This document shows, piece by piece, positions 11,378-20,873 of a DNA stretch of 64,000 nucleotides. A program made the translations under genes and the position numbers. Location of the stretch: IMG/VR virus record IMGVR_UViG_3300025674_006584. One strand, written 5' to 3'. The stretch's first letter is position 1. Each line of letters begins with the position of its first letter. Source of the stretch: an uncultured virus (IMG/VR IMGVR_UViG_3300025674_006584) (Duplodnaviria; Heunggongvirae; Uroviricota; Caudoviricetes). The notes below the pieces were generated by a model. That model searched no databases. It was not told the DNA's origin and saw nothing but the letters and a program-made list of their open reading frames with translations.

Positions 11378-12138
11378 TGGAAACGATATTAGAATTAAGT
11401 AAGTTTAACCACGTAAAATATTATGATGGTCCACACAAATATTTTATTGGTGACCGTGAGCTTATGAGTGCAACCAAGTTCATTGGTAAGTTTAAACCTA
11501 AATTTGAGACACAAAAAATCGCTGAAGAATATGCGTCAAAAAGAGGACTAAAAGTAGAAGATGTAATATCTGATTGGGATTTAAAAAGGGACACCTCGAC
11601 AGTTAAAGGTTCAGCCGTTCATGATTATGCAGAAAACTGGTGGAATAATAAAGAATTTCCTTATGACCCGTCTGTCGCTATTAAAGAATTTGGTCATGAT
11701 ATTATAAAAGAGTCTTTTGATAAATGTCAGACCATATTCAAAAACTTCTATGAGGACTCAAGAATAAATTTGATTCCTGTTAAAATGGAATTGGTTGTTG
11801 GTGATGAGGATTACGGAATAGGTGGGATGGTTGACTGTTTGTTTTATAATAAAAAGTCAGGTATGTTAGAAGTTTGGGACTACAAAACCAACAAAGCAAT
11901 TAAAACAAAAAATGATTATGGACAAAGATTTGAAGAACCTATTTCACATTTAGATGTTTGTGAAATAAATACATATTCACTACAATTATCTTTGTATAAA
12001 CATATTATTGAGAAGAACACAAATCTAAAGATTGGTAATTGTTACCTAATTTGGATTAATGAAAAAAATAAAAACTACAAGGTATTCAAGTGTAAAGATT
12101 TGGATGCTGAGATTAAATTAATGTTAGAAGAATTATGA
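11377..12138 (+). CDS. PD-(D/E)XK (Cas4-like) exonuclease
   Basis: GSAVH, GMVDCL, VWDYKT, YSLQLSLY. Confidence 0.85.
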   Translation: METILELSKFNHVKYYDGPHKYFIGDRELMSATKFIGKFKPKFETQKIAEEYASKRGLKVEDVISDWDLKRDTSTVKGSAVHDYAENWWNNKEFPYDPSVAIKEFGHDIIKESFDKCQTIFKNFYEDSRINLIPVKMELVVGDEDYGIGGMVDCLFYNKKSGMLEVWDYKTNKAIKTKNDYGQRFEEPISHLDVCEINTYSLQLSLYKHIIEKNTNLKIGNCYLIWINEKNKNYKVFKCKDLDAEIKLMLEEL

Positions 12139-12842
12139 GTAATTTCGAAAATTTTGATTGGGGATATATTGAAGGAAACACAAAAAAACTTTTTGAAGAA
12201 GAGTTTAGTAATGGTAGTGTTTATGAAAAGTTTAATGAAGTTAAGGAGGGTGATATTGTTGTAGATGTTGGGTCATCTATAGGATTATTTGCAAAAACTA
12301 TATTACAAAAAAAACCAAAACATATTTTTTGTATTGAACCATCAAAAAATTTATTTCCGACTCTCGTAAAAAACACTATAGGTTACCCAGTCACTCAGGT
12401 TAATAAATTTGTTGCATATGACGATTTATATTCTAAACAAAATAATAATGTTTATTATAATGATGACAATTTTGTTGAAAATATTAAGTTTTCTACCTTT
12501 TTAAACTTATATGGTATAAATAAAATAAATTTTTTAAAATTAGATTGTGAAGGAGGTGAGTATGCAATTTTTAATGATGATAATATTGAATTTCTTATAA
12601 AAAACGTTGATTATATTGTTGGTGAGTGGCATTTCTATACAAAAGAGGAAAAAAATTTATTTAAAAATTTTAGAGATAAATACTTAATTAGATTTAAAAA
12701 TTATAAAGTTTATTCTCATGATATGGTGGACATAACATGGTCACTATTTTTTGATGAACCATATGATAGTATAAATCAAAAAGGATTACAACCATTTATT
12801 GAATATTATTATACTGTTATTATATACATTGATAATCGATGA
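12135..12842 (+). CDS. FkbM-family methyltransferase 1
   Basis: VVDVGSSIG, IEP, LKLDCEGGEY, GEWH. Confidence 0.85.
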   Translation: MSNFENFDWGYIEGNTKKLFEEEFSNGSVYEKFNEVKEGDIVVDVGSSIGLFAKTILQKKPKHIFCIEPSKNLFPTLVKNTIGYPVTQVNKFVAYDDLYSKQNNNVYYNDDNFVENIKFSTFLNLYGINKINFLKLDCEGGEYAIFNDDNIEFLIKNVDYIVGEWHFYTKEEKNLFKNFRDKYLIRFKNYKVYSHDMVDITWSLFFDEPYDSINQKGLQPFIEYYYTVIIYIDNR

Positions 12843-12916
12843 AAAATAAAAATTATAAGGTGTATAAGTGTAAAGATTTAGAAGCTGAAATAAAATTAAT
12901 GATAGAAGAATTATGA
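12839..12916 (+). CDS. 25-aa mini-ORF duplicating the exonuclease C-terminus (MKNKNYKVYKCKDLEAEIKLMIEEL)
   Basis: Read by hand; ATGA overlaps at both ends; homologous to 12064-12138. Confidence 0.55.
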   Translation: MKNKNYKVYKCKDLEAEIKLMIEEL

Positions 12917-13608
12917 GTAATTTCGAAAATTTTGATTGGGGTAATACTAGTGAATGGTATATTGATACTATAAAAAAAGAATTTTTAGGAGAAAAACATG
13001 TTTATTCTAAAGTATTTGATGTTGAAGAGGACGATGTAGTATTAGATTTAGGTGCGAGTGTAGGTCCTTTCGGATTCGTAAACAGAGATAAGAAAATAAA
13101 ACATCTTTACTGTTTTGAACCTAGCATAGAATTTATTTGTCCATTAGCTAAAAACACTGAAGGCATAAATAGAACTATTATTCCATATGGTATTGGAAAA
13201 GAGACTAAATTTATTCATGATAACCATAATATATATGAATTTGGAAAATCATTTAATTTTACACCAACAGTAAAATTCAGTGATTTTATTAAAAAATTTA
13301 AAATAGAAAAAATAGATTTTTTAAAAACAGATTGTGAAGGAGGAGAGTATGACGTATTCAATAATGATAATGTAGAATGGATTTTTAAAAATGTCAGAAA
13401 AATTACAGGTGAATGGCATCTTAATACGGTTGAAACTAAAGAAAAGTTTAGAACTTTTAGAGATTCTTATCTTAAAATGTTTACTAATTATAAAGTTTAT
13501 TCAGTAGATGGTGTTAATATTAAATGGGATTTGTGGAATGAACATTTCATAGAATATTATAATGAAGTAATAATACATATAGATAATAGAAAAAATGGAG
13601 ATAAATAA
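12913..13608 (+). CDS. FkbM-family methyltransferase 2
   Basis: VLDLGASVG, FEP, LKTDCEGGEY, GEWH; same N-terminus as paralogue 1. Confidence 0.85.
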   Translation: MSNFENFDWGNTSEWYIDTIKKEFLGEKHVYSKVFDVEEDDVVLDLGASVGPFGFVNRDKKIKHLYCFEPSIEFICPLAKNTEGINRTIIPYGIGKETKFIHDNHNIYEFGKSFNFTPTVKFSDFIKKFKIEKIDFLKTDCEGGEYDVFNNDNVEWIFKNVRKITGEWHLNTVETKEKFRTFRDSYLKMFTNYKVYSVDGVNIKWDLWNEHFIEYYNEVIIHIDNRKNGDK

Positions 13609-13819
13609 TTTAAATCAAGGAGGTCAACAGATAAAAGTTAATGTTGCGGACCAACCAAATGTCGAATGTGAAAATTGTAAAAATATTTTCTTCGATAAGG
13701 TGACAATTATAAAAAAAATTAGTAAATTGCTCGTTGGAACACCAGATGACCAACTTGTTCCGATGGAAACTTATAAGTGTGCCGAATGCGGACACATTAA
13801 TAAAGAATTCATTGTATAA
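13595..13819 (+). CDS. Small Zn-ribbon protein
   Basis: CENC...CAECGH. Confidence 0.65.
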   Translation: MEINNLNQGGQQIKVNVADQPNVECENCKNIFFDKVTIIKKISKLLVGTPDDQLVPMETYKCAECGHINKEFIV

Positions 13820-14052
13820 TGAAAAAAATTATTTATATATTTGCCCTATTAGTACCATATAAATTATTCTCTCAGAATGATATATTTAAATTCAATGATT
13901 GGGGAACACATCAAACAGAGCAAGTAAATAACTCTAAAGTTTGGAATAAAAACATCAATCAAAGTGAAAAAGGAATATTCTTCAAGAGAATAAAAAAGAG
14001 AAGAAAAAAAGCACAAAGAAGACTTAGATTTTTTAGAAGAAGTAATGTATAA
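13819..14052 (+). CDS. Small hypothetical protein with signal-peptide-like N-terminus and basic tail
   Basis: MKKIIYIFALL...LFSQ; coupled to neighbouring genes. Confidence 0.5.
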   Translation: MKKIIYIFALLVPYKLFSQNDIFKFNDWGTHQTEQVNNSKVWNKNINQSEKGIFFKRIKKRRKKAQRRLRFFRRSNV

Positions 14053-14977
14053 AATAAACTACCTTGATTTAAATAACACAAAAACCATGAAACTTTCTAA
14101 TAATATTGGTGATACACCTATGATAAAAATTAGCGATAAAATTTATGCTAAAGCTGAGATTTTTAATCCAACAGGTTCCATAAAAGATAGACCGGCAAGT
14201 TATATTATTAATGATGCCGAAGAAAGGGGTGTTTTAAAAAAAGGTGATACCATTATTGAGGCAACTTCAGGTAATATGGGAATTTCATTTGCTTGGTTAG
14301 CAGCGGAAAGAGGGTATAAGTGTAAAATTGTAATGCCATCAAATATGTCTGAGGAAAGAAAACAGATGTTGAGACTTTATGGTGCTGAACTTATTGAGGT
14401 AGGTGAAGGTGATTTTGACGGGGCGATTAAATTGAGAAATGAACTATCAGAAAAAAACGGATGGTTTAACTGTAATCAGTTTGATAATCCACTTAATATA
14501 AAATCACATATTGAAGGTACTGGTAAAGAAATTATAGAGTTTTGTGACCATATATCGACTAAAAGTAATCATGTTTTTATTGAGGCTTTAATTAGTGGTA
14601 CAGGTACCGGTGGTACTATTATGGGATGTAGAGAAACATTGGATAAAAGATATCCTTTATGTAAAATGATTGCGGTAGAACCTGAAGAGTCTCCTGTTAT
14701 GAGTGGTGGAGAACCGGGGTTACACGGGATTCAAGGGATAGGAGATGGTTCTAAATTTTTAGTTGACTTGAATAAAATAAAAGAAGTTGTTACTATTAGT
14801 ACTGAAGATGCTAAGGAACGTGCACGTAAATTGGCTCGTGAATTTGGAATCTTTGTTGGTATCTCTGCAGGTGCAAATGTTTTAGCTGCTGAAAGATGGG
14901 TTGAAAAAAATAACCCTAAAGGGATTGTTGTTACTTTCCTTTGTGATAGAGGTGAGCGTTATTTAAGTTGTATTTAA
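14045..14977 (+). CDS. cysK: Cysteine synthase (PLP, CysK/CysM family); start possibly 14087
   Basis: NPTGSIKDR, EATSGNMG, GTGTGGT, HGIQGIG, DRGERYLS. Confidence 0.9.
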   Translation: MYKINYLDLNNTKTMKLSNNIGDTPMIKISDKIYAKAEIFNPTGSIKDRPASYIINDAEERGVLKKGDTIIEATSGNMGISFAWLAAERGYKCKIVMPSNMSEERKQMLRLYGAELIEVGEGDFDGAIKLRNELSEKNGWFNCNQFDNPLNIKSHIEGTGKEIIEFCDHISTKSNHVFIEALISGTGTGGTIMGCRETLDKRYPLCKMIAVEPEESPVMSGGEPGLHGIQGIGDGSKFLVDLNKIKEVVTISTEDAKERARKLAREFGIFVGISAGANVLAAERWVEKNNPKGIVVTFLCDRGERYLSCI

Positions 14978-14978
14978 T

Positions 14979-15758
14979 ATGATTAACAAAATTATACATT
15001 TCTCTGATTTACATGTCAGATTATTTAAAGACCATGATTTATATCGTAGTATTTTAGAAGATGCTTTAGAACAATGGAAGGAACATAAACCTGATAGAAT
15101 TGTTTTTACTGGCGACTTAGTTCACTCTAAAAATCAGATGACACCTGAATTAATAAATTTTGTTGTTTGGATTCTAACTGAATGTTCTAAAATCTGTAAA
15201 ACAGTTCTTATTATTGGTAACCACGATTTTCTTGAAAGTAACCTAAGTAGGATTGATGCTCTATCACCTATCATAGACTCACTTAAAAACCCTGATATAA
15301 TCTATTATAAAGATAGTGGGGTATATGTAGATGAAAATATTGATTGGGTCGTTTACTCACTAGTTAATCATAACGTTAGACCTCAGATAGATAAATCAGA
15401 CAATCTTAAGATTGGATTGTTTCACGGACCTATCCAAGGGTTAACAACGGATATTGGTTATAAGTTTGAAGATGGATTTGACACTGACAGATTCAAAGGG
15501 TGTGACTTAGTTTTGTGTGGTGATATACACAAAAGACAAATCTTCGATATACCTGGTAAAAATAAGGCATACATGATTGGCTCTACGATACAACAAAACT
15601 TTGGTGAAAGTGTTAAGAGACATGGTTATGGAATATACCATGTAAGTGAAGATAAATATGAAACTATAGATTTGAATAATCCTAGACCGTTCTTGAATTT
15701 TAAAATAAAGTCTATAGAAGATTTAGAAAAAGGTAATGAACGACTCGTTAATGTATAA
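14979..15758 (+). CDS. Mre11/SbcD-like metallophosphoesterase (gp47-like)
   Basis: SDLH, TGD, GNHD, FHG, GDIH motifs; upstream of the Rad50-like gene. Confidence 0.85.
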   Translation: MINKIIHFSDLHVRLFKDHDLYRSILEDALEQWKEHKPDRIVFTGDLVHSKNQMTPELINFVVWILTECSKICKTVLIIGNHDFLESNLSRIDALSPIIDSLKNPDIIYYKDSGVYVDENIDWVVYSLVNHNVRPQIDKSDNLKIGLFHGPIQGLTTDIGYKFEDGFDTDRFKGCDLVLCGDIHKRQIFDIPGKNKAYMIGSTIQQNFGESVKRHGYGIYHVSEDKYETIDLNNPRPFLNFKIKSIEDLEKGNERLVNV

Positions 15759-16524
15759 TTTTTCATCTTCAGAAGAAAAAGAAATAAAAGAATTTTGCAA
15801 ACTTAATGAACTTGACTACGATAAGTTCATAAGGGACTGCTTTGATAAAGGTTACCGTATTGAAAAGTATGGACTACTGACTATCGATGGACAAACTGTA
15901 ATAGAAAAAGAAGTAATTAAAGAGGTTATAAAGGAAGTACCTGTAGAAAAAATAGTGGAAGTGCAGAAGGAGGTTATAAAGGAAATAGAGGTACCTATAG
16001 AAATAATTAAAGAGGTTATAAAAGAAGTACCTGTGGAAGTTATAAAGGAGGTGGATAAGATAATAGAAGTTGAAAAAGTAGTAGAAAAAGAAGTTATAAA
16101 AGAGGTTGAAAAACCCATTGAGGTTATTGTGGAGAAAGAAATTTATATTACAGATGATGAACAAGTTAATGAACTCTCAAAAAAGATGAGTCAGTTGGAA
16201 GAAGAAAAAAATGAACTATTGTTAAAAATACAACAACTGGAAAACACACCACCTGAGATAGTTGAGAAAGAAGTTATAATTGAAAAACCTGTAGAAGTAA
16301 TAAAGGAAGTCATCAAAGAAGTTGAGGTAATAAAAGAAACCGAAAATAAAGACAAACAAAAACTTTTACAGGACACAATACAGAAACTAAGAGAAGATAT
16401 TAGAAAAAAGGATGAGAACATTTTACAATTAGAGAAAAATATTGTAGAATTACAAGAAATAAAAGGACCGATTAAAGCACAATATATGAGGTCATCAAAC
16501 CTAAACGATAATTTATATAGATAA
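15736..16524 (+). CDS. EKEVIKEV(P)-repeat coiled-coil protein
   Basis: Many degenerate KEVIKEVPVE repeats. Confidence 0.7.
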   Translation: MNDSLMYNFSSSEEKEIKEFCKLNELDYDKFIRDCFDKGYRIEKYGLLTIDGQTVIEKEVIKEVIKEVPVEKIVEVQKEVIKEIEVPIEIIKEVIKEVPVEVIKEVDKIIEVEKVVEKEVIKEVEKPIEVIVEKEIYITDDEQVNELSKKMSQLEEEKNELLLKIQQLENTPPEIVEKEVIIEKPVEVIKEVIKEVEVIKETENKDKQKLLQDTIQKLREDIRKKDENILQLEKNIVELQEIKGPIKAQYMRSSNLNDNLYR

Positions 16525-16859
16525 TGGAAATAATTTTTTGGATAATAGCTGCTTATGGGATGACAAACATTTTAGTTTATGGTTCTATATTTGAGGGATT
16601 AAGAAACTCAATTCACATAACCGCAGAAACTAGCATACCAATAATATCAACAGTCTTTAGATTTATATCAGGACTAATAAGTTGTGTTATGTGTACATCA
16701 ACATGGGTTGGATTCTTTATGAGTCTATTCTTCTCACCGTTTACATTCTATTTTGGTTTACATCCTGCATTTGGTTTATTCTTTGACGGTATGTTAGCAT
16801 CAGGTGGTGTATGGGCAATTAACGCGATTGTAGAATGGTTTGAAGAAAATAGAGGATAA
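16524..16859 (+). CDS. Membrane protein, DUF1360-like
   Basis: Hydrophobic helices and LISCVMCTSTW. Confidence 0.6.
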   Translation: MEIIFWIIAAYGMTNILVYGSIFEGLRNSIHITAETSIPIISTVFRFISGLISCVMCTSTWVGFFMSLFFSPFTFYFGLHPAFGLFFDGMLASGGVWAINAIVEWFEENRG

Positions 16860-17086
16860 TGACAAACGAAGAAAAAAAAGAAATATATAGATTTCATCTA
16901 CTACCTACAGACTATAGATTAATATTTAGAGTAATCGCTATGTTTGTTAGTTGGTACTTTAATAAATCAATACTATGGGGGTTAGTTCACTTTTTTTTAG
17001 GTTGGATATATTTGGCATACGTTTTATTTATGGGAGGGTTTTCAGAAGGTAGGATGGGTAAAATGATAGAGTACTTTATTGGTTAA
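16859..17086 (+). CDS. Small membrane protein
   Basis: SW..NKSILWG..H..LGW.Y..Y hydrophobic pattern. Confidence 0.6.
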   Translation: MTNEEKKEIYRFHLLPTDYRLIFRVIAMFVSWYFNKSILWGLVHFFLGWIYLAYVLFMGGFSEGRMGKMIEYFIG

Positions 17087-17478
17087 AACCATTTATTTCT
17101 TTTAAAATAGACCCATAACCACCCAACAGTTACAAAACTAACAAATACGAAAATCCAAAAACCATAGTGACTTGTAAGAAAAGGTATATCATTAAAATTC
17201 ATACCAAACAATCCGGTAAAGAATGATAAGGGTAAGAATAGTGTTGACCATATAGTTAATATATTTAATCTCTTATTCATTTTATCGGTTTGTATTTTAT
17301 CGATAGTCGATTCTAAAAGTTCATAAAGTTCTAATAAATCTTTACAATATTCACGATTATCTATTAACTCTTTCTTCAGTAAAAAGAATTTTTTATGGTT
17401 AATATCCTCACCATTAAAAATAGAATCCTCAAAAGACTTTAGTTCTTTTCTGAGATTTTCCAAATGTCTAGTATCCAT
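17083..17478 (-). CDS. Miniature CorA-family Mg2+/divalent cation channel
   Basis: MNKRLNILTIWSTLFLPLSFFTGLFGMNF..IPFL (GMN motif), second TM, KRNKWF tail. Confidence 0.85.
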   Translation of the reverse strand: MDTRHLENLRKELKSFEDSIFNGEDINHKKFFLLKKELIDNREYCKDLLELYELLESTIDKIQTDKMNKRLNILTIWSTLFLPLSFFTGLFGMNFNDIPFLTSHYGFWIFVFVSFVTVGWLWVYFKRNKWF

Positions 17479-17657
17479 AGTAAACTTTCTAATAAATACA
17501 TTAAACCTACAATTAATAATCCATAATGTGTGTATCCATTATTGACAGGTTCCTGAAAATCTTGTATTATTGATGGTATAGACGCGACAATAATTGAGAT
17601 TGAAAACAATAACTTAACCCAAATATTGTCCATAAATTTTTTAAGAAACTTTTTCAT
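17439..17657 (-). CDS. Two-TM small protein overlapping the mini-CorA gene
   Basis: Two hydrophobic segments; TATTTAT upstream on the minus strand (17675-17681). Confidence 0.55.
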   Translation of the reverse strand: MKKFLKKFMDNIWVKLLFSISIIVASIPSIIQDFQEPVNNGYTHYGLLIVGLMYLLESLLWILDIWKISEKN

Positions 17658-17683
17658 AATAAACTAATTTAAATATAAATATC

Positions 17684-17890
17684 ATGCCAAAATCAAGATT
17701 AAGAGGTGGTAAAAAAGCTCATCGTAAAAGAGTAGAAAAAAGAAGTCAAAACATGAAAACCCAACAGAACAGAATTCAAAAACTGTGGGAAGAAGAGATG
17801 ATGAAGAGAATGGAAGAATTAAACGCTTCATCAGGACAAACAGAAAATGAAGAAATAACAACAGAACAACCTTTGGACATTAAACTTTAA
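17684..17890 (+). CDS. Small basic hypothetical protein
   Basis: MPKSRLRGGKKAHRKR; coupled to the Rad50-like gene. Confidence 0.65.
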   Translation: MPKSRLRGGKKAHRKRVEKRSQNMKTQQNRIQKLWEEEMMKRMEELNASSGQTENEEITTEQPLDIKL

Positions 17891-20265
17891 TGGACTTATT
17901 CAATCAACCAATTGAATTTAATTATGAATATATGAACCACGACCTAAAAGTAGAAACATTTGAAAATCCTTATATCCAAGTGGTATGGGAAGACACGCCC
18001 GATAATTTTACTCAAGAAAGAATAAAGAGAGTACGGGCATATTTTGAAAAAAAGTACGGGTCAAAAAATGTTAATGTAGTCACTAAGGTAAAATCTACTG
18101 AAGACGAAATTCAATCGGTCGATGTATCTATGAATATTTTGGATGAAAATTTTCAAAAAGATTTAATTACTAAGTACCTCAAAGTACATGAATTATCTGA
18201 TGACGAGAAAGATATTCTTGAGTTCAACGATATTGTTGAGAATAAAGTAAGTACTGAAAAATCAGATATCACACCATTTAAAAAGTGGTACATAAATAAG
18301 ATTGAGTTTTCTAACTTTTTGTCTTTTGGTGACAACCAAGTTTTAGATTTTAACAAAGTAAAAGGTATAACTGCGGTTGAGTCAAACCCACCTAACTTTG
18401 GTGGTAAGACAGTATTAACTGTTGACCTTTTACTTTTTTTATTCTTTAACACAACAACAAAAACAAATAAGGCTGAAGAGATATTCAATAGGTTCAGAGA
18501 TAAAAACAAAGTCAGTGTTAAAGGTGATATCACCATTGATGGTGAAAACTACATTATCGTTCGTGAGGTCATTAGAAAACCAAAACGAAGTGGTGAGGGG
18601 TTCACTGTAAGTACTAAGTTAGATTTCTTCAAAAAGTTGGCTGACGGTTCTTTGGTTAACTTTACTGGTGAACAAAGAAGAGAGACTGAAGAATTCATTA
18701 AGAGGTCAATAGGAGAGATGAACGACTTCCTTATGACCATTCTTACCACTGCAAGTAATTTAGAAGAACTAATAGATTCTAAACCAACCGCACGAGGTCA
18801 GGTACTATCAAGGTTCTTAGGGTTGGATAGTCTTAAACTAAAAGAAGAAGCAGCAAAAGAAATTGTTTCTAACTTCAGCAAAAGAATGACATCAAATCTT
18901 TACAACATTGAAGATTTGAAATCTGATATTGAAACTAATAAAGAAAAAATTTCTGATGAGGAGAATAACATCAAAACTTATAATGACCAAATCAAAGATG
19001 TTAATGACAGAATAGGAAAAGGTCAGAGATACCGTGATGAGTGGTTACAAAAAAAACACACAGGTATTGATAAAGACTTACTCAGAGTAAACCCAAACGA
19101 CTTAGATTTGGAAATTAAAAACTATGAATCAAAGATTGTTAATATTCAAAAGGATATTGATAACCTTAACATTGTTGAACCACCAAAGTTTTACGAAGAA
19201 GATAAACATGATGGTGTTAAAGAGTTATTGTCTGAATCTAAGGTTAATTTTGGTACTACAGAGTCAAAAATTAATGACATTGAAGAAGAGTTAAAGGAGT
19301 TTGAAGGAGGTATCAAATGTCAATACTGTGGTATAACACTTGCACAATCTGAATATTCTGAAAAGAAGAAAAAAGAATTAATAACGTTAAAAGAAAATCT
19401 TAAGACTTATACTAAAGAAGTTAAGAAATTCACCAAAGAAGAGGAAACGTTCGTTGACCTTAAAAACCAGTTTGATGAATATGAAAAAAACAAATTGGTG
19501 AAGGAAAAATATGAAATTCAGATAGAGTCTTTTGAATTAAAGAAGAAAGGAGTCGAAGAAACTTTAAAGAGATTTAAAGAACAGGAATTTAAAGTTAAAG
19601 AAAATAATAAGATTGATGAGGTGTTGTTAAAGGCGGATATGAGATTAGACGAACTAACTAATGAGAAAGAAAGTGTGAACTCAAAAATAACCACCTCAAA
19701 GAATAATATTGATAAGTACAAAGATAAAATTGAAGAACTTAATAACTTTATTGATAGAATTAAGGAAGAAGAAGAAAAACTTAGAATCTATAAGATATAC
19801 TTAGACTTATTCGGTAAGAAAGGTATTTCTAAAATGATTATGAGAAGCATGACGCCAGTTATTAACTCTGAGTTACAAAGACTTCTTATGGATTCTGCTG
19901 AGTTTAAATTAGAAGTTCGTATTTCTGAAAAAGATGAGGTAGAGTTTTGGATGATTGATAACAATACACAGATAGAAAAACTTATGAGTAGTGGTAGTGG
20001 ATATGAGAGAACTATCGCATCATTAGCACTCAGAGCGGTGTTATCCAAAGTATGTTCTTTACCTAAACCTAACGTTGTAGTTTTTGACGAGGTCTTTGGT
20101 AAAATATCCAACGATAACCTTGAAATGGTTTCTGAGTTTTTCCATAAGATTAAGTCATATTTTGAAAAGATATTTGTTATCACTCACAATCCTATGGTAA
20201 GTCAATGGTCAGATTCAATAGTTAAAATTCAAAAAAACAACAATGTTTCTAAAGTAATACAATAA
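17890..20265 (+). CDS. Rad50/SbcC-like recombination ATPase (gp46-like)
   Basis: FSNFLSFG, NFGGKT Walker A, CQYC hook, SGYE signature, VVFDE Walker B, ITH. Confidence 0.9.
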   Translation: MDLFNQPIEFNYEYMNHDLKVETFENPYIQVVWEDTPDNFTQERIKRVRAYFEKKYGSKNVNVVTKVKSTEDEIQSVDVSMNILDENFQKDLITKYLKVHELSDDEKDILEFNDIVENKVSTEKSDITPFKKWYINKIEFSNFLSFGDNQVLDFNKVKGITAVESNPPNFGGKTVLTVDLLLFLFFNTTTKTNKAEEIFNRFRDKNKVSVKGDITIDGENYIIVREVIRKPKRSGEGFTVSTKLDFFKKLADGSLVNFTGEQRRETEEFIKRSIGEMNDFLMTILTTASNLEELIDSKPTARGQVLSRFLGLDSLKLKEEAAKEIVSNFSKRMTSNLYNIEDLKSDIETNKEKISDEENNIKTYNDQIKDVNDRIGKGQRYRDEWLQKKHTGIDKDLLRVNPNDLDLEIKNYESKIVNIQKDIDNLNIVEPPKFYEEDKHDGVKELLSESKVNFGTTESKINDIEEELKEFEGGIKCQYCGITLAQSEYSEKKKKELITLKENLKTYTKEVKKFTKEEETFVDLKNQFDEYEKNKLVKEKYEIQIESFELKKKGVEETLKRFKEQEFKVKENNKIDEVLLKADMRLDELTNEKESVNSKITTSKNNIDKYKDKIEELNNFIDRIKEEEEKLRIYKIYLDLFGKKGISKMIMRSMTPVINSELQRLLMDSAEFKLEVRISEKDEVEFWMIDNNTQIEKLMSSGSGYERTIASLALRAVLSKVCSLPKPNVVVFDEVFGKISNDNLEMVSEFFHKIKSYFEKIFVITHNPMVSQWSDSIVKIQKNNNVSKVIQ

Positions 20266-20281
20266 TGTTATATTTATTGGT

Positions 20282-20731
20282 ATGAAATTATTTTCTACCT
20301 TAAAAGAAATATTATTAGAGTTTGTACATCCAGATGCGGATGTTATATACTCTACAACTATGAATGAAAAATCATTTATCTTTTACGATAATCCGCATTT
20401 ATATGAAAGAAGGGCTAAATATAATAGAGTTAGGTTAACAGATAAAGAACTTTTATTAGATATGATAAAATTATCAGTACCTAAATTATATCACAAATAT
20501 TATGATTCAGGTAAAAAATTTAGAGAAATAGAATCGGATGACCCAAGGAAATCAAGATTTGCGATTAGAAGAAAATTAGGAAAAAGAGAACCTGTTGCAA
20601 TTATACAGATAGATGAATATATAAAAGATAAAGGTTTCATTTTTGTTGTTATTACATTCTTTGATGAGACAGGGGAAAACTTAAATGATATGACTAATAA
20701 ATTAAGAACTAGATTTATTTTGGATATTTAA
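20282..20731 (+). CDS. Hypothetical protein with ILLE leader
   Basis: 149-aa ORF, MKLFSTLKEILLE; TATTTAT at 20271-20277. Confidence 0.6.
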   Translation: MKLFSTLKEILLEFVHPDADVIYSTTMNEKSFIFYDNPHLYERRAKYNRVRLTDKELLLDMIKLSVPKLYHKYYDSGKKFREIESDDPRKSRFAIRRKLGKREPVAIIQIDEYIKDKGFIFVVITFFDETGENLNDMTNKLRTRFILDI

Positions 20732-20750
20732 AAAGTTTGTACTATATTTG
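20719..20750 (+). promoter_or_regulatory. Bacteroidota-type promoter (TTTG-N20-TATATTTG)
   Basis: TTTG 20719-20722; TATATTTG 20743-20750. Confidence 0.7.
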
Positions 20751-20754
20751 TATT

Positions 20755-20858
20755 GTCAGTGTAGTCTGACTGGTCGCCAGGAGTTTAAATCGTTTGTACT
20801 GGGACGAGAATAAAGAAGACGATTAACCTAAAGAGACCTTTACGGGTCTCTTTTTTTT
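20755..20858 (+). ncRNA. Candidate small structured RNA or cis-regulatory leader (hairpin + H-type pseudoknot + terminator)
   Basis: GC-richer island between a promoter and a terminator; complementary segments visible. Confidence 0.5.
20830..20858 (+). terminator. Intrinsic terminator
   Basis: aaagagacc/ggtctcttt stem followed by T8. Confidence 0.85.
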
Positions 20859-20873
20859 ACTTATAATTTATAT

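Noticed and set aside
11377..12138. Cas4 as part of a CRISPR system
   Set aside because: Solo PD-(D/E)XK nuclease coupled to primase; no array or other cas genes
20773..20826. SAM-II/SAM-V riboswitch or self-cleaving ribozyme assignment for the small RNA
   Set aside because: Only a loose GAGTTTAA...TTGTA resemblance; the 3' strand and catalytic consensus do not match what I recall, so it is left unassigned
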